From the NCBI RefSeq assembly GCF_009914755.1, contig NC_060947.1: a DNA stretch of 64,000 nucleotides. One strand, written 5' to 3'. Made by a program: the position numbers and the translations under genes. Positions 16,483-30,455 of this stretch are shown here, one piece after another. Numbering within the stretch: position 1 is the stretch's first letter; each line of letters opens with the position of its first letter. The notes beneath the pieces are model-generated. The model worked only from the letters and a program-made list of their open reading frames with translations. It was not told the DNA's origin and made no database searches. This DNA comes from the human T2T-CHM13v2.0 reference genome, Homo sapiens.

Positions 16483-18690
16483 TCTTCTGAAAGAAATCAT
16501 AGATGGCACAAACAAATGGAAACACATCCCATACTCATGGATCAGTAGAATCAATATTGTGAAAATGACCATGCTGCCAAAAGCAATCTACAAATTCAAT
16601 GCAATCTCCATCAAAATACCACCATCATTCCTCACAAAATTAGAAAAAAAAATTTCTAAAATTCATATGGAACCAAAAAAGAGCCCACATAGCCAAAACA
16701 AGACTAAGCAAAAAGAACAAATCTGGAGGCATCACACTACCTGATTTCAAACTATACTATGAGGCCATAGTCACCAAAACAGCGTGGTACTGGTATAAAA
16801 ATAGGCACATAGACCAATGGAACAGAATAGAGAATCCAGAAATAAACCCAAATACTTACAGCCAACTGATCTTTGACAAAGCAAACAAAAATGTAAAGTG
16901 GGGAAAGGACACCCTTTTCAACAAATGGTGCTGGGATAATTGGCTAGCAACACGTAGGAGGATGAAACTGGATGCTCATCTCTCACCTTATGCAAAAGCC
17001 AACTCAAGATGGATTAAGTAGTCGAACCTAAGACAGGAAACTATAAAAATTCTAGAAGATAACATTGGAAAAACCCTTCAAGACATTGGCCTAGGCAAGG
17101 ATTTAATGACCAAGAACCCAAACGCAAATGCAATGAAAACAAAGATAAATAGCTGGGATCTAATTAAACTATAAAGCATTTGCATGGCAAAAGGAACAGT
17201 CAGCAAAGTAAACAGACAACTCACAGAGTGGGAGAAAATCTTCACAATCTATACATCTGACAAAGGACTCATATCCAGAATCTACAATGAACTCAAGTCA
17301 GTAAGAAAAAACCAAACAATCCCATCAAAAAGTGGGCTAAGAACATGAATAGACAATTCTCAAAAGAAGATATAGAAATGGCCAACAAACATATGGAAAA
17401 ATGCTCAACATCACTAATGATCAGGGAAATGCAAATCAAAACCACAGTGTGATACCACCTTGCTCCTGCAAGAATGGCCATAATCAAAAACCCAAAAAAC
17501 ACTAGATGTTGGCATGGATGTGGTAATCAGGAAACACTTATACACTGCTGGTGGGAACGTAAACTAGTACAGCCACTATGGAAAATAGTGTGGAGATTCC
17601 CTAAAGAACTAAAAGTAGAACTACCATTTGATCCAGCAATCCCACTACTGGGTATCTACCCAGAGGAAAAGAAGTCATTATTTGAAAAAGATATTGCACA
17701 CACATGTTTATAGCCACACAATTCACAATTGCAAGATCATGGAACCAACCCAAATGCCCATCAATCAACAAGTGGATAAAGAAACCGTGATATATATATA
17801 TATATATATATGTGTATATACACATATATGTGTACATATATATACACATATGTAGATATGATATATATGTAGATATATGTAGATATATATCCATATATAT
17901 CATATGATATATGTAGATATATATCCATATATATCATATGATATATGTAGATATATATCCATATATATCATATGATATATGTAGATATATATCCATATAT
18001 ATCATATGATATATGTAGATATATATCCATATATATCATATGATATATGTAGATATATATCCATATATATCATATGATATATGTAGATATATATCCATAT
18101 ATATCATATGATATATGTAGATATATATCCATATATATCATATGATATATGTATGATATATATCATTATATATGATACATATGTCATATATGTATCATAT
18201 ATGTATCGTATGCATCATATATCATATGCATCATGTATCATATGTATCATGTATCATATGTATCATATATATCATATGTATCATATGTATCATATATATC
18301 ATATGTATCATATATATCATATGTATCATATATATGATGGAATACTACTCAGCCATAAAAAGGAATGAATTAACAGCATTTGCAGTGACCTGGATGAGAT
18401 TGGAGACTATTATTCTAAGTGAAGTAACTCAGGAATGGAAAACCAAACATGTGTTCTCATTGAAATGTGGGAGCTAAGCTATGAGGACACAAAGGCATAA
18501 GAATGATACAATGGACTTTGGGGACTTGGAAGGAAGAGTGATAGTGGGGTGAGGGATAAAAGACTACAAATATGGTGCAGCGTATACTGCTCGGGTGATG
18601 GGTGCACCAAAATCTCACAAGTTACCACTGAAGAACTTACTCATGTAACCAAATACCACTTGTACCCCAATAACTTACGGGAAAAAAAAA
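16483..18690 (+). mobile_element. 5'-truncated L1PB1-like element
   Basis: ORF2 C-terminal fragments ([28 protein letters not shown]) and the 3'UTR ataaaagactacaaat...ggtgatgggtgcaccaaaatctcaca...poly(A). Confidence 0.9.
17790..18336. repeat. AT-rich tandem repeat: 8 perfect 34-bp units (17873-18144) plus a 9-bp tatcatat(g/a) array
   Basis: Unit atatatgtagatatatatccatatatatcatatg read at 17873, 17907, 17941, 17975, 18009, 18043, 18077 and 18111. Confidence 0.95.
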
Positions 18691-18869
18691 TTCTGTGGTA
18701 TTTAGTTCCCTTAGTGAAAGTCAAAAGCATGAAGTAACAATTTTAAAATGTCAACATTTATAGCACACCCAAAATTATATCTTTTGCAAGTATTTAAAAT
18801 TATCTTAAACATTTTTAGATGTCGACCTAAAAATATATGAGGGCCTATATAGTTTGCAAACTTTTTTTG

Positions 18870-19040
18870 TAATGGTTCTCCTCCTTGGCTTCACATTGGA
18901 GTTTCCTGGGGAGCTTCGAAACATGAATGACTGGGTCCCACTTCCAGAGTTTCTGACGGAATTGGTATGTGGTACAGCCTGAGCACCAGAAGTTTTTATA
19001 GCTCCCCAGGTAAATCTAATAGCTAAAGTAGAGAGCTCTG
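18870..19040. mobile_element. MER5-family hAT MITE
   Basis: tggttctc...cacattggagtttcctggggagctt...cagagtttctga...gctccccaggtaaatctaat. Confidence 0.7.
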
Positions 19041-19479
19041 GTTTTAGGGTAGGTATGTGAGCAAAAATTTGTAAAGACCATATTTTACAGAAATGCCTTT
19101 TTGTCACTTCTCATCCCAACCCCATTCCTGGAGGCAGTCACTCAATGTCAAGATCCTGGCCTCATTAGTCCACTGCAGTTTCCGTCTCCAGGTGCTTCAG
19201 GTACTCCCGAACATAATTCTTGAGCCCTTGAACTAGGGTTTTCTCATAGTACTGCCTTTTGTTCTGAAGAGAAGCATCAAAGAAGGTCATCATCTGGGCC
19301 ATTACCTTTCCAAGTTCTTAAGACAGAATCCTTCCCTCAAGCAGAGGAGTGTCTTTTATTTCTTACTTTTCTAACACATCACCTACTACCTATCCTCAAT
19401 CATGGGCTTTGTACAGTAACTGGCATTGAATATATCCTTATATTTCCCTGGATTCTCCCAAAAGAAATAGGATTTTTTA

Positions 19480-19770
19480 GTTTAATTTAATTTTAAATTA
19501 AAACTTCTTTGCCAAAAATGTCCTGTATGCCCATGCCATAAGAACGAAAATATAATAAAACTAAATTGCTCTCACACATCTGTTCCTAGCAACCCATTTC
19601 TTCTTCCAGGAGGCAACTCCTATTAATGGTTTCTTATGTACCCTTCCAGAGACACTTCATACATTTACATTTAATTATGTATAAGTGTCCTTTTTCAACT
19701 TTAGTTTTTATTTTTGCACAAATAATATCACACCATACACACTTCCCTGCACCTTATGGATAGTTTCATA
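19480..19770 (-). mobile_element. L1ME 3'UTR fragment
   Basis: ccaggaggcaactcctattaatggtttcttatgtacccttccagaga. Confidence 0.6.
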
Positions 19771-20159
19771 TCAGCAATAGTCATCTTAGTTTCTTATATG
19801 GATCTTAGCATATTAGCTCTGGTCTCTTTTGCACTTCTCACCTCCTCACGATCCAGTTAATGGTTAGCTTCTCTGTCTAATGCCTAAGGCCAACCAATGC
19901 GAAATGAAACCCTACAATAAGTGGCTTTTTGTGTCTGGCTCAATGTGAAGTGAGTTTATACTGTGCTGCATCTCTGGTGTTGTGCTGTGGTACATGTGGC
20001 CCCACACCTGATTCAGCTGTATGAAGAAGGAGAATGAGACTGAGACCTGTAGTATTCTGAAGCAGATTTTCAAGAACTATTTTCCTGTCCCTCTCTTATG
20101 TCCTAGTTGTTGACCTCTTCACACAAGTGAACTTCTAATTGCTCTATTTTTTTCTCTTT

Positions 20160-20385
20160 ATTAGCAGCTATGTGTTTGACTGTTTTCTCTCTGCCAGGTC
20201 CTATGCTAAATAATTTGCATGTCATTATGTCATTTTTTTGCATATGTAGCTATGTGAGTTGTGTTAAATTCCATTTCACAGATGGGAAAATTAAGGCAGA
20301 AAACAAGTAAATCGCCTTTACTTTGCAACAGCAAGTAAGTGGTAGAACCAGGATTTGAACTGAGAGGGTCTGGCTCCACTCAGAC
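20160..20385 (-). mobile_element. MIR
   Basis: ccatttcacagatgggaaaattaaggc...gtaagtggtagaaccaggatttgaac. Confidence 0.75.
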
Positions 20386-21224
20386 CTTAATCAGGAGCAA
20401 AAAGGCAAGAAAACAGTATGCAGTAAGCCAACATAAATGTGTAATCCTGGGATTGGAATCCTTAGTCTGCAGATATATTTGAAAGTTTTATTGCAAGGAA
20501 TTGAGTTTCTACCTAAAGGTGAGATTGAGGTTTAAGGTGGGTAGAAAAGGTTTAAATAGCCATTGTTCAGAGTGGGAGAGAACCATCTGGGGAAAAGTTG
20601 GAGATTTAGTGGGCATAATACTTACGAAATGGTTACTAATATTACCATAGCAGTTGTCTTCCCTAGTGGTCTCCCTCCCAACCATGCTCTTCTACACAGG
20701 ATGTTAGCAATACACCGTCACATAGAGGAAATATGAATTATTAATTTAGTAAGTGATTATTTAATACCTATGACACATCAGGCACTGGTGTCAGTGTAGA
20801 TACATTGACATGCTGAACCAGAATGAAAGGCCAGCAGGAAGGCCACTGTGTAGAGGAGAAATCTGTTGGAAGTGACCAATGATCCCTTCATCATTCCCCC
20901 TAGGTATCTGCTGCACTAGGATGGGCCTTTGCTTTGCTTTCAGTGAGTGTATCAGGAGGCAAAACTCATTGTTAAGTTGACAGAGATCAGCGTTCTTATT
21001 GAGGAAGAGCAGCTTCTACTAATCGGCTGAGGTCACAGTCATGCTCTCTGAGAGATGACCATTTATTCTGAGTCATTCTTCTCTCTGTTGATATACTCTG
21101 CTTGTGTGCATTCTGTGTTCTTTCTACCAGGAGGAAATGGAATGTGGGAGAGGCATCCAAAACCTTAGTCTGGTTCTCAGTGCATTCAGTGGTCTGGTGG
21201 CTGCGTTCACTTCTCTGCTTAAAA

Positions 21225-22030
21225 TAGTAGTTAATACTTATTGAGCATTCACTCTGCCAGGCATTTGCTTAAGCACTTTATCTGGACTGTGTCATCTAAT
21301 CTGCCCCAGGAAACCTTTGCTGTTGATGCTACTATTATCCTCTATTTCTATATGAGATACGAAGAGGCTATATTCAGGGTTCCAGAGTGACAGAGCCAAA
21401 TAGGATGTATATGTATATGAAAGGGAGGTTATTAGGGAGAATTGGTTCACATGATTACAAGGTAAAGTCCACAATAGGCCACCTGCAAGTGGGGGAAGAA
21501 AGAAGCCAGTAGTGGCTCAGTCTGAGTAAAAAAGCCTCAAAGCCAGGGAAGCCAACATTGTAGCCTTCAGTCTGCAGCCGAAGGTCTGAGAGACACCTGC
21601 AAGCCATTGGTGCAATTCCCACAGTACAAAGGCTGAAGAACCTGGAGTCTAATGTCCAAAGGCAGGAGGAACAGAAGCAAGCGTCCAGCACGGGAAGCCA
21701 GAAAACGCACCAAGCAAGCTTATCCCACCTTCTTCCACCTGCTTTGTTCTAGCCATGCCGGCAGCTGATTGCGTGGTGCCCACTTACATTGAGGGTCTTC
21801 CTCTCCCAGTCCCACGACTTAAATGTTGATCTCTGGCAACACCCTCACAGACACACCCAGAAACAATGCCTTACCAACCATCTAGGCATCCCTCAATCCA
21901 ATCAAGTTGACACCTAATATTAACCATCACAGAGACTAAGCCTCTTTTATTTGGTAGCCAATAAAATGGCAGAGATGGAATTTGAATCTAAGAAATTTAT
22001 ACTGGAGCCTGTGTACTTAACCACGTCTTG
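21225..22030 (-). mobile_element. MIR split by MLT2 LTR
   Basis: acttattgagcattcactctgccaggca... resumes as aaatggcagagatggaatttgaatct...cttaaccac. Confidence 0.7.
21369..21931 (-). mobile_element. MLT2A/B-type solo LTR (ERVL)
   Basis: Ends caagttgacacctaatattaaccatcaca; near-perfect 5-bp TSD gaggc/gagac; same family as 402-1082, opposite strand. Confidence 0.9.
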
Positions 22031-22104
22031 ATACTACTTCTCAAATCCACAGATGTTTTTCCCTTACACCAAGCAGTCTCCTGACCATGGCCTACAAGAT
22101 CTTA

Positions 22105-23416
<1,312 letters not shown>

Positions 23417-23429
23417 AAGATTTTATGTG

Positions 23430-23902
23430 ATCTGGCTTCTATCTACTTCTTCAACATCATCTCTTACCATTTTCTTCTCAATTCATTCTGCTCCTTCCAT
23501 AACTGGCCTTGCTAATTTTAACATATCAAGCTTATTCTTACTTTAGGATCTTTGTTCTAACTGTTCCTACTTGTAATGTTCTTCCCATGACTTGTTCATT
23601 CTCATTATTCAAGTCCCTGTTCACATTACCACATCAGATATCTTCTCCATGAACACCTCATCATAACTACTACTATCTCACCCCCTGTTATGCTCTAACA
23701 TAGTATCCTGTTTTAATTTCTTTATAAAACTTATCATTACTTGAAATTATTATTTTATTTATTTGATAATTTTCTGTTGGCTCTCACTAGAATTGTAGGT
23801 CCACATGAGGGCAGGGACCTTGTTCACCACTGTATGCACAGCATCTGGAACAAAATCTGACATACAGTAAAGGACTCAGTAAATACTTGTTTAATGAATG
23901 AG
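23430..23902 (+). mobile_element. L2a 3' end (target of the L1PA3)
   Basis: catgagggcagggaccttgttcaccactgtat...ctcagtaaatacttgtttaatgaatga. Confidence 0.85.
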
Positions 23903-23909
23903 CAAACCC

Positions 23910-24250
23910 CACAAACATTTATTCAACACCTTCTACATGCCATGCCAGATACTGGGAGTACATAGATTGGATAGGACATGGACTTTGACATTTCTGCCAT
24001 TGAAATTTCTGTGGTTTTACAAGAAAGGCAGACATTAGACCAGAGAGTGAGCAGCATTGTGCTAGAAGGAAAGAGAAAGCTCAGAGGAGGGACCTTTAAT
24101 GCAGCTTGGAGGCATTGAGGAAGGCCTCCAAGAGAAAATAAGGGCATTCCAAGCAAAGAGACCAGCACACTGGTAAGAAGAGTCCTGGAGGTGTGAGACA
24201 TCATGTTGCTTTAAGAAACAACAATATGATTGGAGCAAACTGAGATAGTG
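23910..24250 (-). mobile_element. L2 3' end
   Basis: caaacatttattcaacaccttctacatgcca...ggaaggcctcc...gggcattccaagcaaag. Confidence 0.7.
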
Positions 24251-24709
24251 AAAAGACATGCCTTCCAATTTTCTGCTTGACTCACACCTACTGCTGTGTA
24301 AGACTCAGTTTGAATGACACTGCCACAGTGAATCAGGCTTTGCCCCTGTTCCACCCTTATTCCTTTAGCATCCTATACTTATATTTAACATAACCCCTAC
24401 CCTACATTATTAGAGTGATTTTCCTTTTCACTTTGGTATTTCCCACTGGAGTGCAGCTCCTTGAGAGAGAGGTATGTGTGACTCATGTATGTGCCTTCTC
24501 TACACTTAGTGCCCAAATGGTGCTATTTGAGCCAATGAACATAAATAATGGTCATGGATTCAGCAGTTAAGAATAAGATTTTCATTAAATAAAAATAGTT
24601 CTGATGACAAAAAGGGGGAAAATAATTAGAAAACCACTGCACTAAAGCTCTCTCTACAAAGACAATTTTCCTGAAAGCTGTTCACCATGACTTGTAGACA
24701 AAACCAGGA

Positions 24710-24960
24710 AGACTGTGTGAAGTAAAGTTTAAGATAATAGGCTTTTACATCAAATAAGTATTTATTTTCTAATACTGGCTCTGCCTTAATTGAATTTAGG
24801 CAAGTTCCTTAACCCTCTAGACACTTCAGTTTCCTAGTCTGTTGAATTGGTATCTACCTCACAGGGTTGTTGTATGGATTAAACAGGATGAGGCACATAA
24901 AGTGTTTCACACCAGCATTTGGCACATAGCAAATGTGCAATAAATGCTTGCTTCTTTTAT
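24710..24960 (+). mobile_element. MIR
   Basis: ctggctctgcc...aggcaagttccttaacc...tctacctcacagggttgttgtatggattaaa. Confidence 0.8.
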
Positions 24961-25550
24961 TATCATCCTCATGCTCATCATCTATGGCATAAAGAAGTGT
25001 TTATTGTGTTAATCTTAGATCTTACGTAGAACAACTTTTCCCCAGATGGCAATATTTGGAAAGAATTTGCCTTTGAGGTCTGATTCGACCTTTTTCACTT
25101 CCTCAGGGGGGCCTCTGATAGATGCAATAACCAGAAACTGACCAAGCAAGGGTAACAAGGAGTAAGGGAGTGAGAAATAGACTGAAAAAGGAGTAGGTTA
25201 GGAATAGGAGTGAAATCAGCTTTTCTGGGAGCCTATGTAGCAGGGAGGCACAAAATAAGACAATGAGAGAGCAGATTATTTTTAATGGACATGTAAAAAT
25301 AGACTGGAATTAAAGGCCTGCAAAATTTACCTAGAATGAGCAAAAGAGCTAGTAAGAAATATTTCTTAGTCTTTCTCATTGTAAAGAATGTATTTTATTG
25401 ATAATAAAATATTAATTAAAATGTGTACAAATATGTTTATTTCAGGTGCTGATTATGGTGGTAAAGTGTTGGAAACAATATAGAAGTTCAACTGTAGAAT
25501 TTATTAAATTATCCTTCACACCTGTAGGAACAGTAATGTATACACATTTC

Positions 25551-25552
<2 letters not shown>

Positions 25553-25584
<32 letters not shown>
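25553..25584. repeat. (TG)16 microsatellite at the HERV-H polyadenylation site
   Basis: Direct count of uninterrupted TG units. Confidence 0.95.
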
Positions 25585-25586
<2 letters not shown>

Positions 25587-25926
25587 CAGCAAGGCTGTTT
25601 ATTTCACCTGGGTGCAGGTGGGCTGAGTCCGAAAAAGGAGTTAGCAAAGGGTGATAGGATTATCATTACTTCTTACAGGTTTAGGATAGGCGTACAAAGT
25701 ACATTCTTAAGGGTGGGGGAGAATATTACCAAGTACCTTCTTAAGGGCGGGGGAGACTACGTTGTATCAGTTAGGGTGGGGCAGGAACAAATCACAATGG
25801 TGGAATGTAATCAGTTAAGGCTATTTTCACTTCTTTTGTTGATCTTCAGTTGCTTCAGGCCACCTAGATGTATATGTGCAGGTCACAGGGAATATGATGG
25901 CTTAGCTTGGGCTCAGAGGCCTGACA
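25553..25926 (-). mobile_element. HERV-H 3' LTR, U3-R only (type II / LTR7B-like)
   Basis: Begins tgtcaggcctctgagcccaagctaagcc after the PPT; type II repeats ctccccc(g/a)cccttaagaa; AATAAA present; ends in (CA)16. Confidence 0.88.
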
Positions 25927-26251
25927 TTCCTGTCTTCTTATATTAATAAGAAAAACAAAACAAAATAGTGGTGAAGTGTTGGGGCAGCGAAACTTTTGGG
26001 GGGTGGTATGGAGAGATAATGGGCGATGTTTCTCAGGGCTGCTTCGAGTGGGATTAGGGGCAGCATGGGAACCTACGGTGGGAGAGATTAAACTGAAGAA
26101 AGATTTTGGGGTAAGGGGTGATATTGTGGGGTTGTTAGAAGGAGCATTTGTCATATAGAATTATTGGTGATGGCCTGGATGCAGTTTTGTATGAATTGAG
26201 AAACTAAACGGAAGACACAAGGTCCGAATAAAACAAGGAGAAAAATAGGTA

Positions 26252-26506
26252 TTAAAAGACTAAGAATTGGGAGTACCCAGGACATCCAATTAGACAGTGT
26301 CCAAGGGGGTTCAACGTAATTATTTTGGTTGGTGAGTTTTTGGGCTCTATCCTTGAGTTTTTTTTTATGTTGTCATATACTAAGCCAGATTGATTTAGGT
26401 AAAAACAACACTCTTCATTTAAAAATATACAAAGTCCTCCTTTTTCAGCAGTGAGTAAATCGAGGCCTCGGCTATTTTGGAGGAAAGAGAAATGCAAAGC
26501 CAGCAA
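26252..26506 (-). pseudogene. env: HERV-H env TM remnant
   Basis: Immunosuppressive domain [18 protein letters not shown] and CX6CC (CIFLNEECC); frameshifted, SU largely absent. Confidence 0.9.
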
Positions 26507-27042
26507 TTGTTTGTTAAAGAAGGATTAGAAATGGCTAGGAGAGAGTGAATGAGATTGATAGTGTTGTGGAGATAGCTGTGGAGAGGTAGAGGGTGGCATA
26601 AGAATGGGAACGAGAATAAGAATGAGTATAAAAGTAAAGAATAGGACTTCCTCAGGGTGAAAGTATTGGAGTGTGTCCTGTCAGCAAAGATTATCTATCC
26701 ACTCCAAGAGGGAGTCAAGAGTGGCAGATTGGGGATAGATTTTCACGATGGAAAAGAAATGAGAGGTTTTAAGAGGTGGGCTAAACGGCTTGTAACCTAC
26801 ATGGAAGAGGTTATGAAATGACAACAGAATAGAATGGGCTTGTGAGGCTGGAGGGAGATTTTTTTTTTTTTTTTTTTTTGGTCTAAGAACCATCTGCCTT
26901 GAGTGGAGAGGGATTGATAGGTGGAAACTTCATTTGGAGAGTAAATAGGAGTGACCAATGAGAAGGAGAAAAACTGGCCATGAGGGACAGAAGTTGGAAC
27001 GCTAGCTGCTTCTTTAGCTACCTTATCAGCATAAGCGTTGCC

Positions 27043-27752
27043 CTAAGCGATGGAATCTGATGCCTTTTGATGGCCCTTGCAGTGAATGACTCCAGCTTCC
27101 TTTGGAAGTAAAGTGGCTTTAAGAAGAGTTTTTATTAAAGAGGCATTAATGGTAGGACTCTTGTATAGTGAGGAAATGTCTTTCTGTTCATATAACAGCA
27201 TGGTGGTGCAGGATATGGAAGGCATATTTAGAGTCAGTATAAATACTGACATGTAGTCCCTTTGCAAGAGTGAGGGCCTGAATTAAGGCAATGAGTTCGG
27301 CTTGCTGAGAGGTAGTGGAGGGGGGCAGAGCAGTAGCCTCGATGATAGATGTGGAAAATACTATAGCATGGCCTGCCTTTGCTGGTGAATGGCGATTAGG
27401 CCTGGTGGAACTGCCGTCGTTAAACCAAGTGTGACCAGGGTGAGGAACAGGAAAGAAGGAAATATGGGGAAATGGAGTGAATGTCAGGTGGATCAGAGAG
27501 ATAGTCATGGGGGTCAGGTGTGGTATCCAGAATAATGTGGGAGGCCAGATTGAAGTCCGGGCCAGGAACAATGGTAATTGTGGGAGACTCAACAAAGAGT
27601 GAGTATAGCTGAAGGAGATTGGGGGCAGAAAGTATATGCATCAAGTATGAGGAGGAAAATAGATTTTGAAAGTCATGGGAACTGTAGAGAGTAAGTGGAG
27701 CATAGCTTGTGATTTTGAGGGCCTCTAAAAGTATTAAAACAGCAGCAGTCAC
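27043..27752 (-). pseudogene. pol: HERV-H pol remnant (tether/RNase H)
   Basis: WFNDGSS, TSQQAELIAL, IYTDSKYAF and VIHCKGHQ across three frames. Confidence 0.9.
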
Positions 27753-28332
27753 CGCATGCAGACATGAGGGCTAGGCTAAAGCAGTAAGGTCAAGTTGTTT
27801 GGACAGAAAGGCTACAGGGCATGGTCCTGGCTCTTGTGTAAGAATTCTGACCGCACAGCCCTGTACTTTGGCTGTGTGTAATGAAAAGGGTTGGGATGAG
27901 TTAGGGAAAGCTAGTGTGGGAGCAGCTTTTAGGGCTGTTTTTTAAGGAATGGAAAGGGGAGTGGGGAAAGGATTTAGGATTTATGGGGTCAGCTAGGTTT
28001 ATCTAGAACAGAATAATGGGTTGTGGAGGAAGGTATTGAGGATAGGAGAGTATATGGGTTTGGCACCACTGGGTGGGTAGGCAAAACAATTTGGTTGATA
28101 AGGTGCAGATCCTGAACTAACTTGTAAGACTTGTCTGGTTTTTGGACAGGTAAAATGGGGAATTTTAAGGAGAGTTTATAGGCTTTAAAAGGCCATGCTG
28201 TAACAGGTGAGTGATAACGGGCTTTAATCCTTTTAAAGTGTGGCAGGGTAAGGGTGATTAGGTTTTAATGGGATGGTAAGGGGTGTGTGATTGGTCATCA
28301 AGGAGGGAGTAGAGGTGTCCTATACTTGTGGA

Positions 28333-28700
28333 TTAAGGTGGGGAGATACAAGGGGAGGATGTGAAGGAGGCTTTGAGCTGGGGGAAAAGGGTGGCAATGA
28401 GGTGTGGCTGTAGCCTAGGAATAGTCAGGGAACCAGATAATTTAGTTAAAATGTCTCTACCTAATAAGGGAGCTGGGCAGGTGGGGATAACTAAAAGAGT
28501 GCATAAAAGAATGTTGTCCAAGCTGGCATCAGAGTTGGGGAGTTTTAAGAGGTTTAGAAGCCTGGCCATCAATACCCACAACAGTTATGGAGGCAAGGGA
28601 AACACGCCCTTGAAAAGAAGGTAATGTGGAGTAGATAGCCTCCATATTGATTAAGAAGGGGACGGACTTACCCTCCACTGTAAGGGTTACCCAGAGCGTC
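28333..28700 (-). pseudogene. pro: HERV-H protease remnant
   Basis: VIPTCPAPLLGRDILTKL motif; degenerate FLINMEA at the D(T/S)GA active-site position. Confidence 0.8.
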
Positions 28701-28739
28701 TGTGATGGTCCTGTAGGCTTCCGAGGTGATCGGGCAGCG

Positions 28740-29300
28740 TCAGTCTTCAGCCGCTAAGCCGAGAAGATCTGGGAAGGAATCAGTCAGAGAGCCTTGGGCC
28801 AGAGTTCCAGGGGCTCTGGGAGTGGCTGCCAGGTGAGTTGGACAGTCCAATTTCCAGTGGGGTCCTGCACAGATGGGACATGGCTTAGGAGGAATCCTGG
28901 GCTGTGGGCATTCCTTGGCCCAGTGGCCAGATTTCCGGCGCTTGAAGCAAGATCCTGGGGGAGGCGGTCCTGGAGGAACGCCTGGCCCCTGCGGTTTAGG
29001 CATTTTGAAGTTCTTGTGTGCTGGAGATGTGGCTGGGGTTTCTCTCAAAGCGGAGGCAAGTAATTGCAACTCTTCTCTATTATTATACACCTTGAAGGTG
29101 AGGTCAATTAAGTTCTGTTGTGGGGTTGAGGGCCAGAATCTAATTTTTGGAGCTTTTTCTAATGTCGGGAGTCAGTTGGGTAATAAAATGCATATTGAGA
29201 ATAAGATGGCTTTCTGGCCCCTCTGGGTCTAGGGTGGTAAAACGTCTAAGAGTTGTTGCCAAATGGGCCATGAACTGGGCTGGGTTTGTATATTTGATGA
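28740..29300 (-). pseudogene. gag: HERV-H gag remnant (CA end/NC)
   Basis: Zinc knuckles [14 protein letters not shown] (degenerate) and [13 protein letters not shown]; ends DLLGLAAED-stop. Confidence 0.88.
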
Positions 29301-30327
29301 AAAAGAGCCTCAATGCTAACTGATTTGGGAGAGGTCGGCTAAAGAAAAAGGGGCATTAACCTTGACTATGTCTTCAGCTTCAGCCACCTCTTTAAGAGGA
29401 AATTGTTGGGCAGGTAGGGGAGGGCTAGTCACAGAACAAAACTGTCAGCCAGACCGAGTGTGAGGAGGGGAGGTGATAGAAGCATTATAGGGTGGGGGAG
29501 CGGAGGCTGAAAAGTTGGAACCTGGCTTGGCCTGGCAAGGAGCAGCCTGGGGAGGAGGGGAGAGGTCAGATGGGTCTCTAGAAAAGGAGAATTCACAGGA
29601 CTCAGAGCTTGGGGTGGAGACTGAAGGAATAGACAGGAGAGAAAGAAGAAATATTTGGGATGAGTCTCATAGGGAGCAGAGATTAGGAAGGGACCGATGT
29701 GTAAAAGAATGCCTGGATGTCAGGCACCTCAGACCATTTGCCCATTTTATGACAAGAATTATCTAGATCTTGTAGGATGGAGAAATTGAAAGAGCCATTT
29801 TCTGGCTATTTGGAATCATTGTCAAGTTTGTATTGGGGCCAAGCGGTGTTGCAGAAGAAAATAAGACGCTTAGGTTTTAGGTCAGGTGTGAGTTGAAGAG
29901 GTTTTAAGTTTCTGAGAACACAGGCTAAGGGAGAAGAAGGAGGAATGGAGGGTGGAAGGTTGCCCATAGTGAAGGAGGTAAGTTTAAAGAGAAAGGTAGA
30001 GACACAGAGAAGGGGGTGGTGAGCAGCCAAAGCAGGCGTCCCCGCAATTGACTTGCCACCAAGGGAATGTGGGTGAATGACCAAGGCAGGCGTCCCCGTG
30101 GTGATCAGACACCAATGGAATGTGGGTGAATTATCAGGCAGGCATCCCTGTAGTGATTAAACACCAGGGGAAGACTGTCTTCCCGAGTCCATGACTGGCA
30201 CTGGAGTTTTGGGTCCACAGATAAAATGTGTCTCCTTTGTCTCTACTAGAGAGGAAAATAACTGGAATTGGAAGGACGGGGAGATTGAAGGGTAGCAAGA
30301 GAGGCTGGAGAAGAGAGTGAAAAGACC

Positions 30328-30336
30328 GCTTACCCG
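30328..30336 (-). promoter_or_regulatory. HERV-H major splice donor, unspliced in this copy
   Basis: Minus strand caaatcgg|gtaagcgg downstream of the PBS, followed by intact leader. Confidence 0.75.
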
Positions 30337-30455
30337 ATTTGAAATTGGTGAGATGTTCCTTGGGCTGGTTGGTCTGAGGACCCAAGGTCATAGGTGGATC
30401 TCCTCACGGAGTGAGGGTGAGGACAGGGGACTGGTCTCCCAAAGGAGTCCCCCTG

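Noticed and set aside
17873-18144. Regular 34-bp repeat resembling a CRISPR array
   Set aside because: Units are head-to-tail with no unique spacers, there are no cas genes, and the DNA is primate.
18108-18477. His/Met/Tyr- and Cys/Ile-rich ORFs
   Set aside because: They are translations of the 9-bp tandem repeat fused to L1 ORF2 sequence.
16473-18752. ttaaaatgtc on both sides of the L1PB1 as a TSD implying a ~50-nt 3' transduction
   Set aside because: No second poly(A) before the right copy, and a 10-bp AT-rich match can arise by chance.
26252-26506. Possible domesticated (syncytin-like) env
   Set aside because: Only a short frameshifted TM remnant; no signal peptide or SU and no upstream promoter.
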